A model generated the notes under the pieces. That model was not told where the DNA came from, did not search any database, and was given only the letters and a program-made list of their open reading frames with translations. 44,289 nt of DNA from positions 521,269-565,557 of the forward strand of contig DASPLQ010000012.1 of NCBI GenBank assembly GCA_035627515.1. Reading direction: 5' to 3'. The position numbers were made by a program, and so were the translations under genes. This DNA comes from Vitreimonas sp. (GTDB lineage Bacteria; Patescibacteriota; Microgenomatia; UBA1400; PJMF01). Numbering within the stretch: the stretch's first letter is position 1; every line of letters begins with the position of its first letter. Below are positions 9,230-19,598 of this stretch, piece after piece.

Positions 9230-12200
9230 GTGACACTCAAATACCGCTTGGCAACTATCTCTCGTGTCCAACTTTGGTTAGTAGTTTTAGGCACGCTGAT
9301 AAGTTTGACCGCTGGTGGTTGGTTGCTCACACGCTCCTTTCCTGAACTCAAACAGCGTTTAGCCGGCACAGATGCTCCGGAAGCTATCGACATTCAAGTC
9401 AAACAACACCAAATTCCGTATGTACGGCAAGCGATTACTCCACAAGGGGGCACGATCACCGCTGACCAAACTACTGTCGTGTTCCCCGAAGGATATAGCG
9501 ATCAAAAATTGGTCAATTCGTATCGGGTAGTGAGCACCCCTGAACTAGTAGCCAACCATCAAGTTTCCCAGATGTTTGATTTGAAGGCTCGGACCGAACA
9601 GGGCGTGCCAGTGACTCAATTTAATAAACCCCTGGAAGTGAAGGTTGCTTTAGATGACCAAGTTTTCCGAAAATATCGCCCTGATCAGTTGGCGTTATAC
9701 TTTTTTAATGAAGAGACTAAAAAGTGGGAGAAACTGGCTGATAGCCGATTGGATGTTGATACTAAAACGTTAGTAGCTACTACGACGCACTTTACTGTCT
9801 TTATGGTGGCTGCTGGTGATCCTAATCAAGGTGTCACCCAACCGACTACGCCCTCACTCTTAGTGGATGATAGCTCAGCCACAGGGTTCGCTTACGATGG
9901 TCAAACCGATGATGACCAACCCGCCTATGGTGCCTATGTAGGTAGTGGTTACAACGGCAACGCGCTTTATACCGGTAACTCGATTAACAACACCCCTCAC
10001 AACTGGGCGACGTGGAGTGTAGCCAGTGGTTTAGAAGGTGAAGTAGAAGTCAAAGTCACCATTCCCAATTTGCGCAAACCTCTGACGCGCGGCGCAAAGT
10101 ATATCGTCACCCATGCCGGCGGCCAAACACCGGTGACGGTAGACCAAGAAGCCTATCGTGGCGGCATTGCCTCTCTGGGTACATTTACATTTAATGGCAG
10201 TGGCTCAGTCTATTTGAATGACGTGGTTCCTGAAAAAGGTAGTAACTTTAAATCACACTTAGTTTTTGACGCGGTTAGTTTCGGGGGAGAGTTTGATCCC
10301 AACTTAGATATTACTCCGCCGGAAATTTCAGAAGTGAAGGTCCAGCCCGATAATGGCATGTTACGCTTCCAAGCCAAAGTTACTGATGATCAAAGTGGTG
10401 TTAACACGGTAGCACTTTACTTTGATCCAGATGTTAATGATGGTCAACCTGGAGCCTTTTATGAGATGCAAACGGCAGGTGATGATTATTATTACTTAAG
10501 CTTGCCGTACCAAAAGAACAAAAAATATTCGTACTACATCTTAGCTACCGATAATGCTGGTAACGAACAAATTTGGGATCCTACTTTGGGGTATGTGACT
10601 CGCGGTAGTTTCATGAAGAAACTGGGATACTATCCCGGTTCGCAGTTTGCCTCCAGATATGGGTATCGCTCAAACACCACTCGTTGTAGTAAAGCAGGGA
10701 GTGCTTGTAAAGATGGCACACAGGGAGATGGCGATCCAGTTAACACCCTCAATGGTAACTTAATTGAACAGCAAAAGCTGGTCATTATTCCAGGTCGGCC
10801 AGAACTCGATTTACACCTCACCTATAACAGCCAAGGTGCACAGCTAGGGTTATTTGGTCAGAACTGGATGCATAGTTATAGTTACCACGTTTTAGAAATG
10901 GACAATCCTGATTTTCAAGGAGCATTCGTCCATTATCCTGACGGTAAAGTGGTGACATTTTCAGGGCCAGACTTTACGCCCGAGGCAGGATATTTTGAGA
11001 AGCTGACCAAAACTGGTGCAGGCTATGAATTGAGTTTCCCTGACCTCACGAAAGTTAGTTTTGATGCTGAGGGGGACATCACACGGTGGCAAGACGCGAA
11101 TGGCAATGGTCTCACTTTTAGTTATGGTAAAAAGGACGCCTATACGCTCATGTCGCAAATCAGCACCATCACCAGCGATGGCGGCCGGAGTGTGAGTTTA
11201 GAGTACAGCGACGACGGTTTAGTCGCCAAAGTTGTCTCTCCAGAAAATAAAACGCTAGCCTTTGATTACGATGATGAACACAACTTAGTTGCAATTACTG
11301 ATGGCAATCAAGGGACAACCAATTTTGAGTATGACGATTTACATCGTATTACCAAAAAAATCACGCCAGCCGGTCACGTTGCCTATGTCAATCAATATGA
11401 CGGTGAAGGCCGAGTAACCGAGCAAGTTGCTGGTGTCGCTTATAAGACTACTTTTGCATACAACGGGACTACTACCACTACTACCGATGCTAATAATCAT
11501 CAAACAACCTTTATCTACAATGACAAAGAACTTTTAAGTGAGTATAAAAATGCTCAAAATAACTCAATTACGTATGAGTACACCGATAAAGCCCAAGTGG
11601 CTGCGTATACCGATTTGGGCGGTGGCCGCTTCGAGTTTAGGTATGATGACAAAGGTAATCTGATCTACGAAAAAGATCCTTTAGGTTATGAAGTGACACG
11701 CGAGTTTAATACTACGTTCAATAAACCTACTAAAGAAATCTTCAAACAGAGTGATCATGTCACACAATGGGCCTATGATGCCAAAGGCAACCTGACGCAA
11801 ATCACCAATGCCAAAGGTGATAGCAGTACATTCGAGTACGATAGTTTTGGTCAGTTAACTAAGGCGATTGATTTCAATGGCAATGTCGCTAGCTATACCT
11901 ACACTGTTCAGGGTGATGTAGCTACCACCACCGATGGTGAAGGCAACACCCAACAGCTAGCATATGACGGTTTGGGGAGATTACATCAACTAACGAATGC
12001 CCGCCAGTTTGAGTACACCTATACCTATGATGGCAACGATAACTTGACCCAAGTGGCAGGTCCAGCCAGTTTCTCACTTAAGTATCAATTTGATGCCAAC
12101 AATCGGTTGGTGGCGGAAACCGATGCTAATGGTGGCGTTATTCGTTATAGCTATGATGCCTCAGAAAATCTGACAGAACTGAAAAATCAGCTTGGTTTCA

Positions 12201-15200
12201 CCACCGCTTTTACCTACGGACCAATGAATGAGAAGGTGAGTGAAACCTCACCAGAAGGGCACGTATCTCAGTTCGCCTATGACGAAATTTATAATCTCAC
12301 TTCGGTCAAACAAGCCGTGGGCACACCTCAAGAGATTGAAACCAAATTTGTTTACAATGCTCAGCGGGACAAAACTCAAGTGATTGATCCTGAGGGAAGA
12401 ATTACGGCGTACACTTATGATCCACTCCATCGTTTGACCAAAGAAGTTCGCAATAAAGTCCTTGGCTTAGCAACAGCAGAGCAAAATGTCACAACCGAAT
12501 TTAGGTATAGTCCTAGTGGAGCCTTATTAGAAAAGAAAGATGCCAACGGCAACGTGACCACCCATACATATGATCAGCTTGATCAATTACTGACCATCAC
12601 CGATGCTGAACAACAACTCACAACCTATACCTATGATAAACAAGGCAACGTCATCGAACAAAAAAATCCTCGAGGTTTTGTCACTAAGTATGAGTTCAAC
12701 AAAAACAACCAAGTGGCCAAAATTATCGATGCTCGGTCTGGGGTAACTACTTTTACTTATGATCCAAACAGTAACTTAGCTCAATTAACTGATGCTAATG
12801 CCATCGCCACGCGCTTTGCTTATGACGCACTTGATCGTCGTTCACAACGCATTCAAAATGCCGTTGCTAGTGGTCCAAATGACGCGCAAACCAACGTCAC
12901 CACCAAGTATGCCTATGATCCTCATGGCAACTTAACCGTCCTCACCAACCCAAGAGGTTTTACTACTAATTTTGTGTATGACGCCGCGCATCGCAACACT
13001 AGTATTATCGACGCGCAAAACGCTCAAGCTGGCTTTGAGTATGACCGAGAAAATAACCTCAAAAAGATCACCGACCGCAATGGCCACACTCGTCACTTTA
13101 GTTATGATGCTTTAAATCGAGTCACTAAAGTGCTCAATCCGGAAAATCATGCCGAAGAGTTTGGTTATGACAAAGTGGGTAATACACTCGTTTATATCAA
13201 CCCGCGTGGAATCCAGTTTAAAAAAGCCTATGATCCGTTATATCGCTTGAAAGTGGCTACCGATCCTTATACCAAAACTAAGGAGTATAAGTATGACGCC
13301 ATCGGTAACGTTTTGAGTTTAACCGATGAGAATGGCCACACCGATCAGTATGAATATGACAAAGTGTATCGATTGCGCAAGTTTACTGACGCCGAAGGGA
13401 ATCAGACAGAACATCAATATGACGCCAATAGTAATGTCGTTAAAGTTATTGATGGCGAGAGCAACCCGACCAGCATGGCATATGATGAACTCGACCGCTT
13501 GATTGAGAAAACCAATGCTGAGAACGAAACTGAGAAGTATGCCTATGACAAAACTGGGAACGTCGTCCTCAAAACAGAAGCTGACGGCACCCCTCATCAC
13601 TATACGTATGATCCGCTGTATCGGTTAGCTGAGGTGGCTAATAACTTTCGAACTGGTCAAGCAGCTTCACACGACACCAATGTCACTACTCGCTATCGTT
13701 ACGACGCCAACAGCAACTTAGTTGCACAAGTTAATCCGCTGCAAAATACTACCAGTTTTGAGTATGACTCACTCGATCGGCTCAGCAAAGAGACTAACCC
13801 GCTCGATAGTCAATGGCGCTATCGCTATGACAAAGAGGGGAATGTGACTGAGCGAGTGGACGCCAACGGGGCTGTGACAGCCTACCAATACTATCCTGAC
13901 GATGTCTTAGCTCAAATTCAGTACCCCTCACACCAAGTAAAGTATCAGTATAGTGAAACTAATCACCCAGTGGAGATGGTTGATAACTTAGGCACCACTA
14001 AATGGAGTTATGACAACTTAGATCGCATAGTAGAACAAGTTGATCCGTTTAATCGCAAGCTGGCCTACGAGTACGACCATGTGGGGAACTTAACTAAACT
14101 CACCTATCCTGATGGTCGTGGTTTAGCTCACGCCTACCTTAAAAATGATTGGTTGAAACAATCACAAGGGATTGGCCAAAACTCTGGTGGAGCTGATACC
14201 GTCAAGTACGCCCGCAATAAAGTGGGAGCGCCAGTTAAGGTCGATCATAGTAACTCATCATGGTCACAAATTGCCTATGACAAAGTCTATCGACCGCTGG
14301 AAGTTCATGATCGGCAACAGGGTGGAGGGAATCACTTAATTAGTAAATTTAACTATGAGTACAACGATATTGGTCACATCACCAAACAGGTTGATGAGCA
14401 CGGTTGGCGGCAACCAGCTAAGGTGACCACAAATTATCAATATGATGGTTTGCATCGCCTCACCAACGCGACCACCGATGATAATCAATCCACCCAGTAT
14501 GCCTACGATGCTGCTGGCAACCGCACAGTCCTTAAGGAACAGCTCCATCAAGGTCTCGAGACCAGAACCTATGCCTACAACGCTGCTAACCAATTAACTG
14601 GTATTGATATCCAGTCTCCAATGCCGCCCAATATCGTGGATTATGAATATCAATACGATAAAAATGGCAATCGCACTGATAAATTAATTGCCGACGCTAC
14701 CGGGATTGATCGTGGCGTGGCGTACAACTATGATTATGAAAACCGCTTGACCAAAGCTCAGGATTATCAGGTGGGTGGCCCAGCGCCAACTCCATCACCA
14801 GTGCCAACTCCGACCCCTACGCCAACACCTACCCCGGTGCCATCACCTTCTGCGTCACCAAGTCCTAATCCCAGCTTACAGCCTTCGCCATTGCCAAGCA
14901 TTAGTCCCAGTCCTTCACTTTCACCATGTCCTGGTAATAGTAATGGCAAGAACGATGGCAAAGATCAAAGTGGCGACTGCAACAACGGTGGTGGCAATGA
15001 CAATAAGAAAACCACTGGCACAGTCTTGGGATTAGCGACCGAGGCCAGTCCTTCACCGAGTCTTTCACCTAGTCCCAGTCCTAGTTTAGAGCCTGTCTCT
15101 TCGCCTTCACCCACACCAGAGCCTACCGCTCAACCGACGTTGCAACCCGAGAACTCAGTTATCGCCCAAGCCGCAGAACTCGCGCCGCAAACAACTCAAG

Positions 15201-16804
15201 CACTGGGAGAGCCAACTCGCAACGATTTAGCTCACACCGATCTAGAGTATGACGGCAACGGTCGCCGCTTAGTGTCTACATACTCGCCAGGTAGTAGCCA
15301 AGACTTAAAACGCACCGAGTATTTATTTGATCGCTTAGACCCAGTGGTGGAGTACAGCATGTGGAATGGCCAACGCAACAACTTGGCACGTAACTCAGCT
15401 CAAGACTTATTATTCTTCCAAGAGTTTAAATCTGAACAAGATCCCAACGGTACCATCTATTGGTATCACCACGATGGCGAAGGCAACATTGCCGCGACCA
15501 CCAAGCACAAAGCCCAATCTGATCATACCTATCGTTATGACGAGTATGGTGGCATTCTGCCCGATAATGGTTCTGGTGATCAGCACGGTGGCGGCGCCTC
15601 AGGTTGGATTGCGCCTCACAATCAATACACCCTGACTCAAAAACAGTTTGATGCTAACACTGATCTCTACTACTTCGGTGCTCGCCACTATGACCCTGAA
15701 GTCGGTACTTGGATCACTCAAGACAGCTATCGCGGTCAGCTCAACGATCCTCAAAGTTTACATCGCTACATGTACAACAATGACAGTCCGGTGAATTATC
15801 GAGATTACTATGGGTACTGCTCTGACCCGGCTTTGACTGCTCAGGGTTGTGGTAGCTGGACCCCAGACATTGTGTTTAAAGGAACGCGTATCGCTACGAC
15901 ACCATTCAGGGATTACATGGAAATAAAGAGTAATGAGCAGATTTTTGGCCGAGCTTTAACCAATGCTGACCGTGATGTGTGGTTAGCCAACCAAAAGCTG
16001 CAAGATGACATAAGAACTCGTCAAGCAATGGATCAAGCTATGAGTAAAACATTGGCAGCTCCGGTATTTGATTGTTTGAGATATCAATCATTAGCTGAAA
16101 TGAGAAATAAATATCTGAATATGATAGATGTTAGTCGTAGAGAAGGTCAAAATGCTGAATTAAGAGCACAACAAGATCAACTAACACGCCAAAAGGCTTC
16201 ACAAGCTTATTACTATATTCCTGCTATTGGCGCAGGCTATGCATTTGCAAATGCTTATACAGGAGAGAATGTATTTACGGGTACTTCATACAGTACTAAT
16301 CAACGAATTGGTCAGGTAGGAATAGGAACTACTAATTTTGTAGCAACAGTAGGATTGGCCTATACTGCTCAGGCATCAGTAAGTTATTTGACCACTAACC
16401 CTGTAGCTGCTGGGCAGATTGGAACAGGCACTAGTCTAACTACAAACACATTATGTCAAGGTGATTGTTCAGATGAGGCGGGACAAATTTCAACTGGTAC
16501 AAATGTAGTTTATCGATATGTGGAAAATGGCATCACAAGATATTATGGCATTACCAATGATTTTGCTCGAAGAGCAGGCCAACACTTAACGAATAGAGGT
16601 TGGACAATTGAAAAAATACCTGGCCTTGACCAACTGAGCAGACAAGACGCACGTGCTGTGGAACAAGTACTCATTGAACAAAAAGGATTACCTAACCTTT
16701 ATAATCAAATAAATAGCATTTCCACAAGTAATCCGGTATACTCGTCAGCTATTATTAGAGGAAATGAAATCATTAATACTACTACAGTAGTACCTCCTCC
16801 TTAG
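9230..16804 (+). CDS. RHS/YD-repeat polymorphic toxin (2524 aa) with C-terminal URI/GIY-YIG-fold nuclease tip
   Basis: N-terminal TM/signal, ZU5/UPA-like region (ITPQGG...THFT), golvesin-like beta domain, GDPVNTLNGNL (DUF6531-like), dozens of YD repeats, core YYFGARHYDP...PVNYRDYYG, and tip VVYRY...YYGITNDFARRAGQH...RAVEQVLI...LYNQINSI. Confidence 0.92.
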   Translation: MTLKYRLATISRVQLWLVVLGTLISLTAGGWLLTRSFPELKQRLAGTDAPEAIDIQVKQHQIPYVRQAITPQGGTITADQTTVVFPEGYSDQKLVNSYRVVSTPELVANHQVSQMFDLKARTEQGVPVTQFNKPLEVKVALDDQVFRKYRPDQLALYFFNEETKKWEKLADSRLDVDTKTLVATTTHFTVFMVAAGDPNQGVTQPTTPSLLVDDSSATGFAYDGQTDDDQPAYGAYVGSGYNGNALYTGNSINNTPHNWATWSVASGLEGEVEVKVTIPNLRKPLTRGAKYIVTHAGGQTPVTVDQEAYRGGIASLGTFTFNGSGSVYLNDVVPEKGSNFKSHLVFDAVSFGGEFDPNLDITPPEISEVKVQPDNGMLRFQAKVTDDQSGVNTVALYFDPDVNDGQPGAFYEMQTAGDDYYYLSLPYQKNKKYSYYILATDNAGNEQIWDPTLGYVTRGSFMKKLGYYPGSQFASRYGYRSNTTRCSKAGSACKDGTQGDGDPVNTLNGNLIEQQKLVIIPGRPELDLHLTYNSQGAQLGLFGQNWMHSYSYHVLEMDNPDFQGAFVHYPDGKVVTFSGPDFTPEAGYFEKLTKTGAGYELSFPDLTKVSFDAEGDITRWQDANGNGLTFSYGKKDAYTLMSQISTITSDGGRSVSLEYSDDGLVAKVVSPENKTLAFDYDDEHNLVAITDGNQGTTNFEYDDLHRITKKITPAGHVAYVNQYDGEGRVTEQVAGVAYKTTFAYNGTTTTTTDANNHQTTFIYNDKELLSEYKNAQNNSITYEYTDKAQVAAYTDLGGGRFEFRYDDKGNLIYEKDPLGYEVTREFNTTFNKPTKEIFKQSDHVTQWAYDAKGNLTQITNAKGDSSTFEYDSFGQLTKAIDFNGNVASYTYTVQGDVATTTDGEGNTQQLAYDGLGRLHQLTNARQFEYTYTYDGNDNLTQVAGPASFSLKYQFDANNRLVAETDANGGVIRYSYDASENLTELKNQLGFTTAFTYGPMNEKVSETSPEGHVSQFAYDEIYNLTSVKQAVGTPQEIETKFVYNAQRDKTQVIDPEGRITAYTYDPLHRLTKEVRNKVLGLATAEQNVTTEFRYSPSGALLEKKDANGNVTTHTYDQLDQLLTITDAEQQLTTYTYDKQGNVIEQKNPRGFVTKYEFNKNNQVAKIIDARSGVTTFTYDPNSNLAQLTDANAIATRFAYDALDRRSQRIQNAVASGPNDAQTNVTTKYAYDPHGNLTVLTNPRGFTTNFVYDAAHRNTSIIDAQNAQAGFEYDRENNLKKITDRNGHTRHFSYDALNRVTKVLNPENHAEEFGYDKVGNTLVYINPRGIQFKKAYDPLYRLKVATDPYTKTKEYKYDAIGNVLSLTDENGHTDQYEYDKVYRLRKFTDAEGNQTEHQYDANSNVVKVIDGESNPTSMAYDELDRLIEKTNAENETEKYAYDKTGNVVLKTEADGTPHHYTYDPLYRLAEVANNFRTGQAASHDTNVTTRYRYDANSNLVAQVNPLQNTTSFEYDSLDRLSKETNPLDSQWRYRYDKEGNVTERVDANGAVTAYQYYPDDVLAQIQYPSHQVKYQYSETNHPVEMVDNLGTTKWSYDNLDRIVEQVDPFNRKLAYEYDHVGNLTKLTYPDGRGLAHAYLKNDWLKQSQGIGQNSGGADTVKYARNKVGAPVKVDHSNSSWSQIAYDKVYRPLEVHDRQQGGGNHLISKFNYEYNDIGHITKQVDEHGWRQPAKVTTNYQYDGLHRLTNATTDDNQSTQYAYDAAGNRTVLKEQLHQGLETRTYAYNAANQLTGIDIQSPMPPNIVDYEYQYDKNGNRTDKLIADATGIDRGVAYNYDYENRLTKAQDYQVGGPAPTPSPVPTPTPTPTPTPVPSPSASPSPNPSLQPSPLPSISPSPSLSPCPGNSNGKNDGKDQSGDCNNGGGNDNKKTTGTVLGLATEASPSPSLSPSPSPSLEPVSSPSPTPEPTAQPTLQPENSVIAQAAELAPQTTQALGEPTRNDLAHTDLEYDGNGRRLVSTYSPGSSQDLKRTEYLFDRLDPVVEYSMWNGQRNNLARNSAQDLLFFQEFKSEQDPNGTIYWYHHDGEGNIAATTKHKAQSDHTYRYDEYGGILPDNGSGDQHGGGASGWIAPHNQYTLTQKQFDANTDLYYFGARHYDPEVGTWITQDSYRGQLNDPQSLHRYMYNNDSPVNYRDYYGYCSDPALTAQGCGSWTPDIVFKGTRIATTPFRDYMEIKSNEQIFGRALTNADRDVWLANQKLQDDIRTRQAMDQAMSKTLAAPVFDCLRYQSLAEMRNKYLNMIDVSRREGQNAELRAQQDQLTRQKASQAYYYIPAIGAGYAFANAYTGENVFTGTSYSTNQRIGQVGIGTTNFVATVGLAYTAQASVSYLTTNPVAAGQIGTGTSLTTNTLCQGDCSDEAGQISTGTNVVYRYVENGITRYYGITNDFARRAGQHLTNRGWTIEKIPGLDQLSRQDARAVEQVLIEQKGLPNLYNQINSISTSNPVYSSAIIRGNEIINTTTVVPPP

Positions 16805-16809
16805 ACTTA

Positions 16810-17763
16810 ATGAAACAGGCTAAAAATATTAAACTTGGCGATATTTTTGAAATACCTTTACCAAATGGTAAAAAGGCATATGGTCATTATGTGTGGCATG
16901 ATGATAAAACAGGGACACTCATACAAGTTTTTAAACAAACTCTTGATCAGGATGAAGTTTTTAGCTTAAGCAACTTTAATACTAAAGAATATTTATTTCC
17001 TGCAATTTATACTGTTTTAAAGCCAACTCTTAATAGTGGTATGTGGAAAATAGTTGAAAACTATCCGGCAACTAATTTTTCCTATCCGGGCTTTGTTGCT
17101 ACTTTTTACAATGAAAAAGGTGTTGCAGGGTTGTGGTTCTTATGGGATGGAGATAAGTTTGTAAGAATTGGAAACACTTTACAAGATGAATATAAGAAGC
17201 TAGAGTTCTATGCTGTTTATTCTCCTATTAAGGTTGTTGAAAGAATTGTGAATGGTGTAAAACCTTACAAAGATCTAATTGAAAAAAACCATATGGAAAT
17301 GCCAGAGGTTACTCCTCTAAAAAACAAAAACGAATCTATTTTTGGCAATGTTAAATCAATTAATTTTAATAATGATGAAGCATTAGATTTTATAAATGAT
17401 TTTGTTAAAAAGCCAACAATTTCTTTTTTTACCAATTTATTCAATGATCCTCCCGAAGAATATTTAGATAATACTAATTCCCAAAGAATTTTAACTGCTG
17501 TTGAGATGTTGGCTTATTTAGTTGATGAAAATGATCAGAATCTGCCCGAAGCTGTGCGTTTCCCTTTAAAAAAGTTGGCACTAAAGATAAATAGAAATGA
17601 GCTTCAAAGTTTAGCTAAAGTTTCAAAAGAATATATTACAAAGATTTTAGATAATTCCGAGTTAAAAGAATCCTGGAAGGAATCAAAACTTTATAATGTT
17701 TGGATTAAAGAAAACAAGAGTCTTTTATTGAGATTAGAAAATTATTTAAAAAGTGAAGCTTAA
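16810..17763 (+). CDS. Cognate immunity protein: Imm26-like N-terminal domain fused to DUF4259-like C-terminal domain
   Basis: Starts 5 nt after the toxin stop. N-terminal GDIFEIPLPNGKKAYG; C-terminal FNNDEALDF...SELKESW. Confidence 0.7.
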   Translation: MKQAKNIKLGDIFEIPLPNGKKAYGHYVWHDDKTGTLIQVFKQTLDQDEVFSLSNFNTKEYLFPAIYTVLKPTLNSGMWKIVENYPATNFSYPGFVATFYNEKGVAGLWFLWDGDKFVRIGNTLQDEYKKLEFYAVYSPIKVVERIVNGVKPYKDLIEKNHMEMPEVTPLKNKNESIFGNVKSINFNNDEALDFINDFVKKPTISFFTNLFNDPPEEYLDNTNSQRILTAVEMLAYLVDENDQNLPEAVRFPLKKLALKINRNELQSLAKVSKEYITKILDNSELKESWKESKLYNVWIKENKSLLLRLENYLKSEA

Positions 17764-17807
17764 TCTTTAAAGGTGATTTAAATAAACTACAGCAACACCA
17801 TTAAAAA

Positions 17808-18581
17808 ATGCCTGATAAATTTGAGTTAGTACTCTTGCAGTACACGCTTTCCAATTTAAATGAGTTAATTATTAATTTTAACAAAGTCTTAATTAATGAG
17901 TTTCAAGTTCTATTTGGTGAAATAAAAAAAGTGCAGATTATTGATAAAACAAGTAATAAAACTTGGAAAACAAATTACCCTATCTTAGAAATAATTTCAC
18001 CCAAATTTGAATGGCACCTTATTTTTGAGAACCAAAACTCAGTTGACTTTTATTTTGATAAGCAGGCAGAGAAAATTTCATTATTCCTGGAAATTAAAGA
18101 ATCAAAAAATGTATCTCTATCATTGATGATAAACTTAATTAAGAAACTTACTTCAATTTTTGATTTTACTAATCTATCCGTAGAGAACCTTACTAAAAGT
18201 CCTCAAGTTTGGCAACAGTTGTCAAAAATAAATCCTACACTTTATAACCCAATAAATTTCTTCTTTGTAGGGGGAACAAAATGGTTACAGATATATCCTC
18301 GCAAAGAGATTAGAGATGGGTTTTATTTGCCGTTGCCTGACGATTTTTATTTAAGTATTCCAGCTGATCATATTGAAAAGGTTAACAATGAATCAATTTT
18401 AGTTTGCAAAAATAATGACCCTTTTGCTTCTGTGGATGAACAAGTAGAAAAAACAAAAAAAATAGTGGATTATTATTTTCAAAATTTGAGTGAACTAGAG
18501 TTATGGGGTGAAGTTAAGTGGAGTCCTAATTGGCGAAAAGACTACCAACACTTCTTGCTGTCAAAGGGATATGAAATATGA
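17808..18581 (+). CDS. Hypothetical protein, putative immunity protein
   Basis: 257-aa AT-rich ORF within the co-oriented array after the toxin. Confidence 0.55.
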   Translation: MPDKFELVLLQYTLSNLNELIINFNKVLINEFQVLFGEIKKVQIIDKTSNKTWKTNYPILEIISPKFEWHLIFENQNSVDFYFDKQAEKISLFLEIKESKNVSLSLMINLIKKLTSIFDFTNLSVENLTKSPQVWQQLSKINPTLYNPINFFFVGGTKWLQIYPRKEIRDGFYLPLPDDFYLSIPADHIEKVNNESILVCKNNDPFASVDEQVEKTKKIVDYYFQNLSELELWGEVKWSPNWRKDYQHFLLSKGYEI

Positions 18582-18620
18582 GGTCAGAAAATACATACTA
18601 TTTAAAGATGAATTGTTCAC

Positions 18621-18998
18621 ATGCCATCAAAAATTGAACCTGACTTTTTTTTAGCTTCTAGCGAGGGATATGATTTAGAGGAGCCTAAAAAATGTTACAA
18701 ACTTAGGCGAGTAAGTAATGAGAACAGAGATGACATGTTGTTGGTCAAAGTAGAACCTCCCTTGGTTGGTCAAGGTTATGGTTTGGGAGGAAAAGATGTT
18801 GATACGTTGCTTATTATTCCTCGGCATGTAGGAGCGTCTTTATTTCCAATTAATGAGTGGCCACTTTATGTACATGTAGCTTTGGTTCCTTTGGACAGAA
18901 TTAATCAGAACACTTTTTCCAAAGAGGAGATTAAGCCCATTGCTTGGGCAGAACTATATCCTACCTGGGAATCAGCAAAGTCTAAATCTATTGCGTAA
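18621..18998 (+). CDS. Hypothetical protein, putative immunity protein
   Basis: 125-aa ORF in the array with RHVGASLFPINEWPLYVHV, resembling small proteins of polymorphic toxin loci. Confidence 0.55.
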   Translation: MPSKIEPDFFLASSEGYDLEEPKKCYKLRRVSNENRDDMLLVKVEPPLVGQGYGLGGKDVDTLLIIPRHVGASLFPINEWPLYVHVALVPLDRINQNTFSKEEIKPIAWAELYPTWESAKSKSIA

Positions 18999-19003
18999 AG
19001 ATA

Positions 19004-19582
19004 ATGAAATACCAATTGTTATCCCCACCGCCTGTTTGGAAAAACCTTATTTATGCTTCAAAAGAAGAAGGTAAGGAATTTTACAAATGGTTTCTAGATG
19101 TTAAAGAAGAGCGCCTTAAAACCCTTGAAGGTGTTGTAAAGTCTACTGAAGGATATGAAAAGTGGGAAGCTGATTTTACCCCTCAATCTTTAGATATTTT
19201 GGGCAAATGGTTTAAACAAGTTGCTGAGAAAAGAGCAAGAACTCCAGAAGAAATTGAAATAGAAAGATCAAAATTGAGGCCTCCTTTTTTAGACTTAAAA
19301 ATAAATGATTGGACCTTGAGCTCTAAAACAGTATCTCTTTGTTTTGATATAGGTGTTTATTTTGGTGAGGTGTTTGTAAGAAATTTTTCGGAATTGAAGT
19401 GGAATCTTCTTCAAAAAAACAAATTTATTGGTAATAATGAGCCAATGATAGAAGGCTTTGGAAAAGTATATTTTTCACCCACACATATGATGAAAATCCA
19501 AGCATATAAAATTTTAGAAAAAAGAGATGATGCAGCTAACTTCACTAAGCTGTATAACACATGGATAAAACATATCACTTAA
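19004..19582 (+). CDS. Putative immunity protein (DUF3806-like)
   Basis: FTPQSLDILGKWF and DIGVYFGEVF motifs; position in the array. Confidence 0.55.
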   Translation: MKYQLLSPPPVWKNLIYASKEEGKEFYKWFLDVKEERLKTLEGVVKSTEGYEKWEADFTPQSLDILGKWFKQVAEKRARTPEEIEIERSKLRPPFLDLKINDWTLSSKTVSLCFDIGVYFGEVFVRNFSELKWNLLQKNKFIGNNEPMIEGFGKVYFSPTHMMKIQAYKILEKRDDAANFTKLYNTWIKHIT

Positions 19583-19598
19583 TAAGAAAGTTCAATAT

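Noticed and set aside
10740-14760. YD repeats as a DNA-level tandem repeat or duplication
   Set aside because: The periodicity is at protein level; I saw no long exact nucleotide repeats.
14775-15035. Alternative-frame and antisense ORFs over Pro/Thr-rich segments (also 8573-8821, 14767-14961)
   Set aside because: Shadow ORFs produced by low-complexity codons of the real genes.
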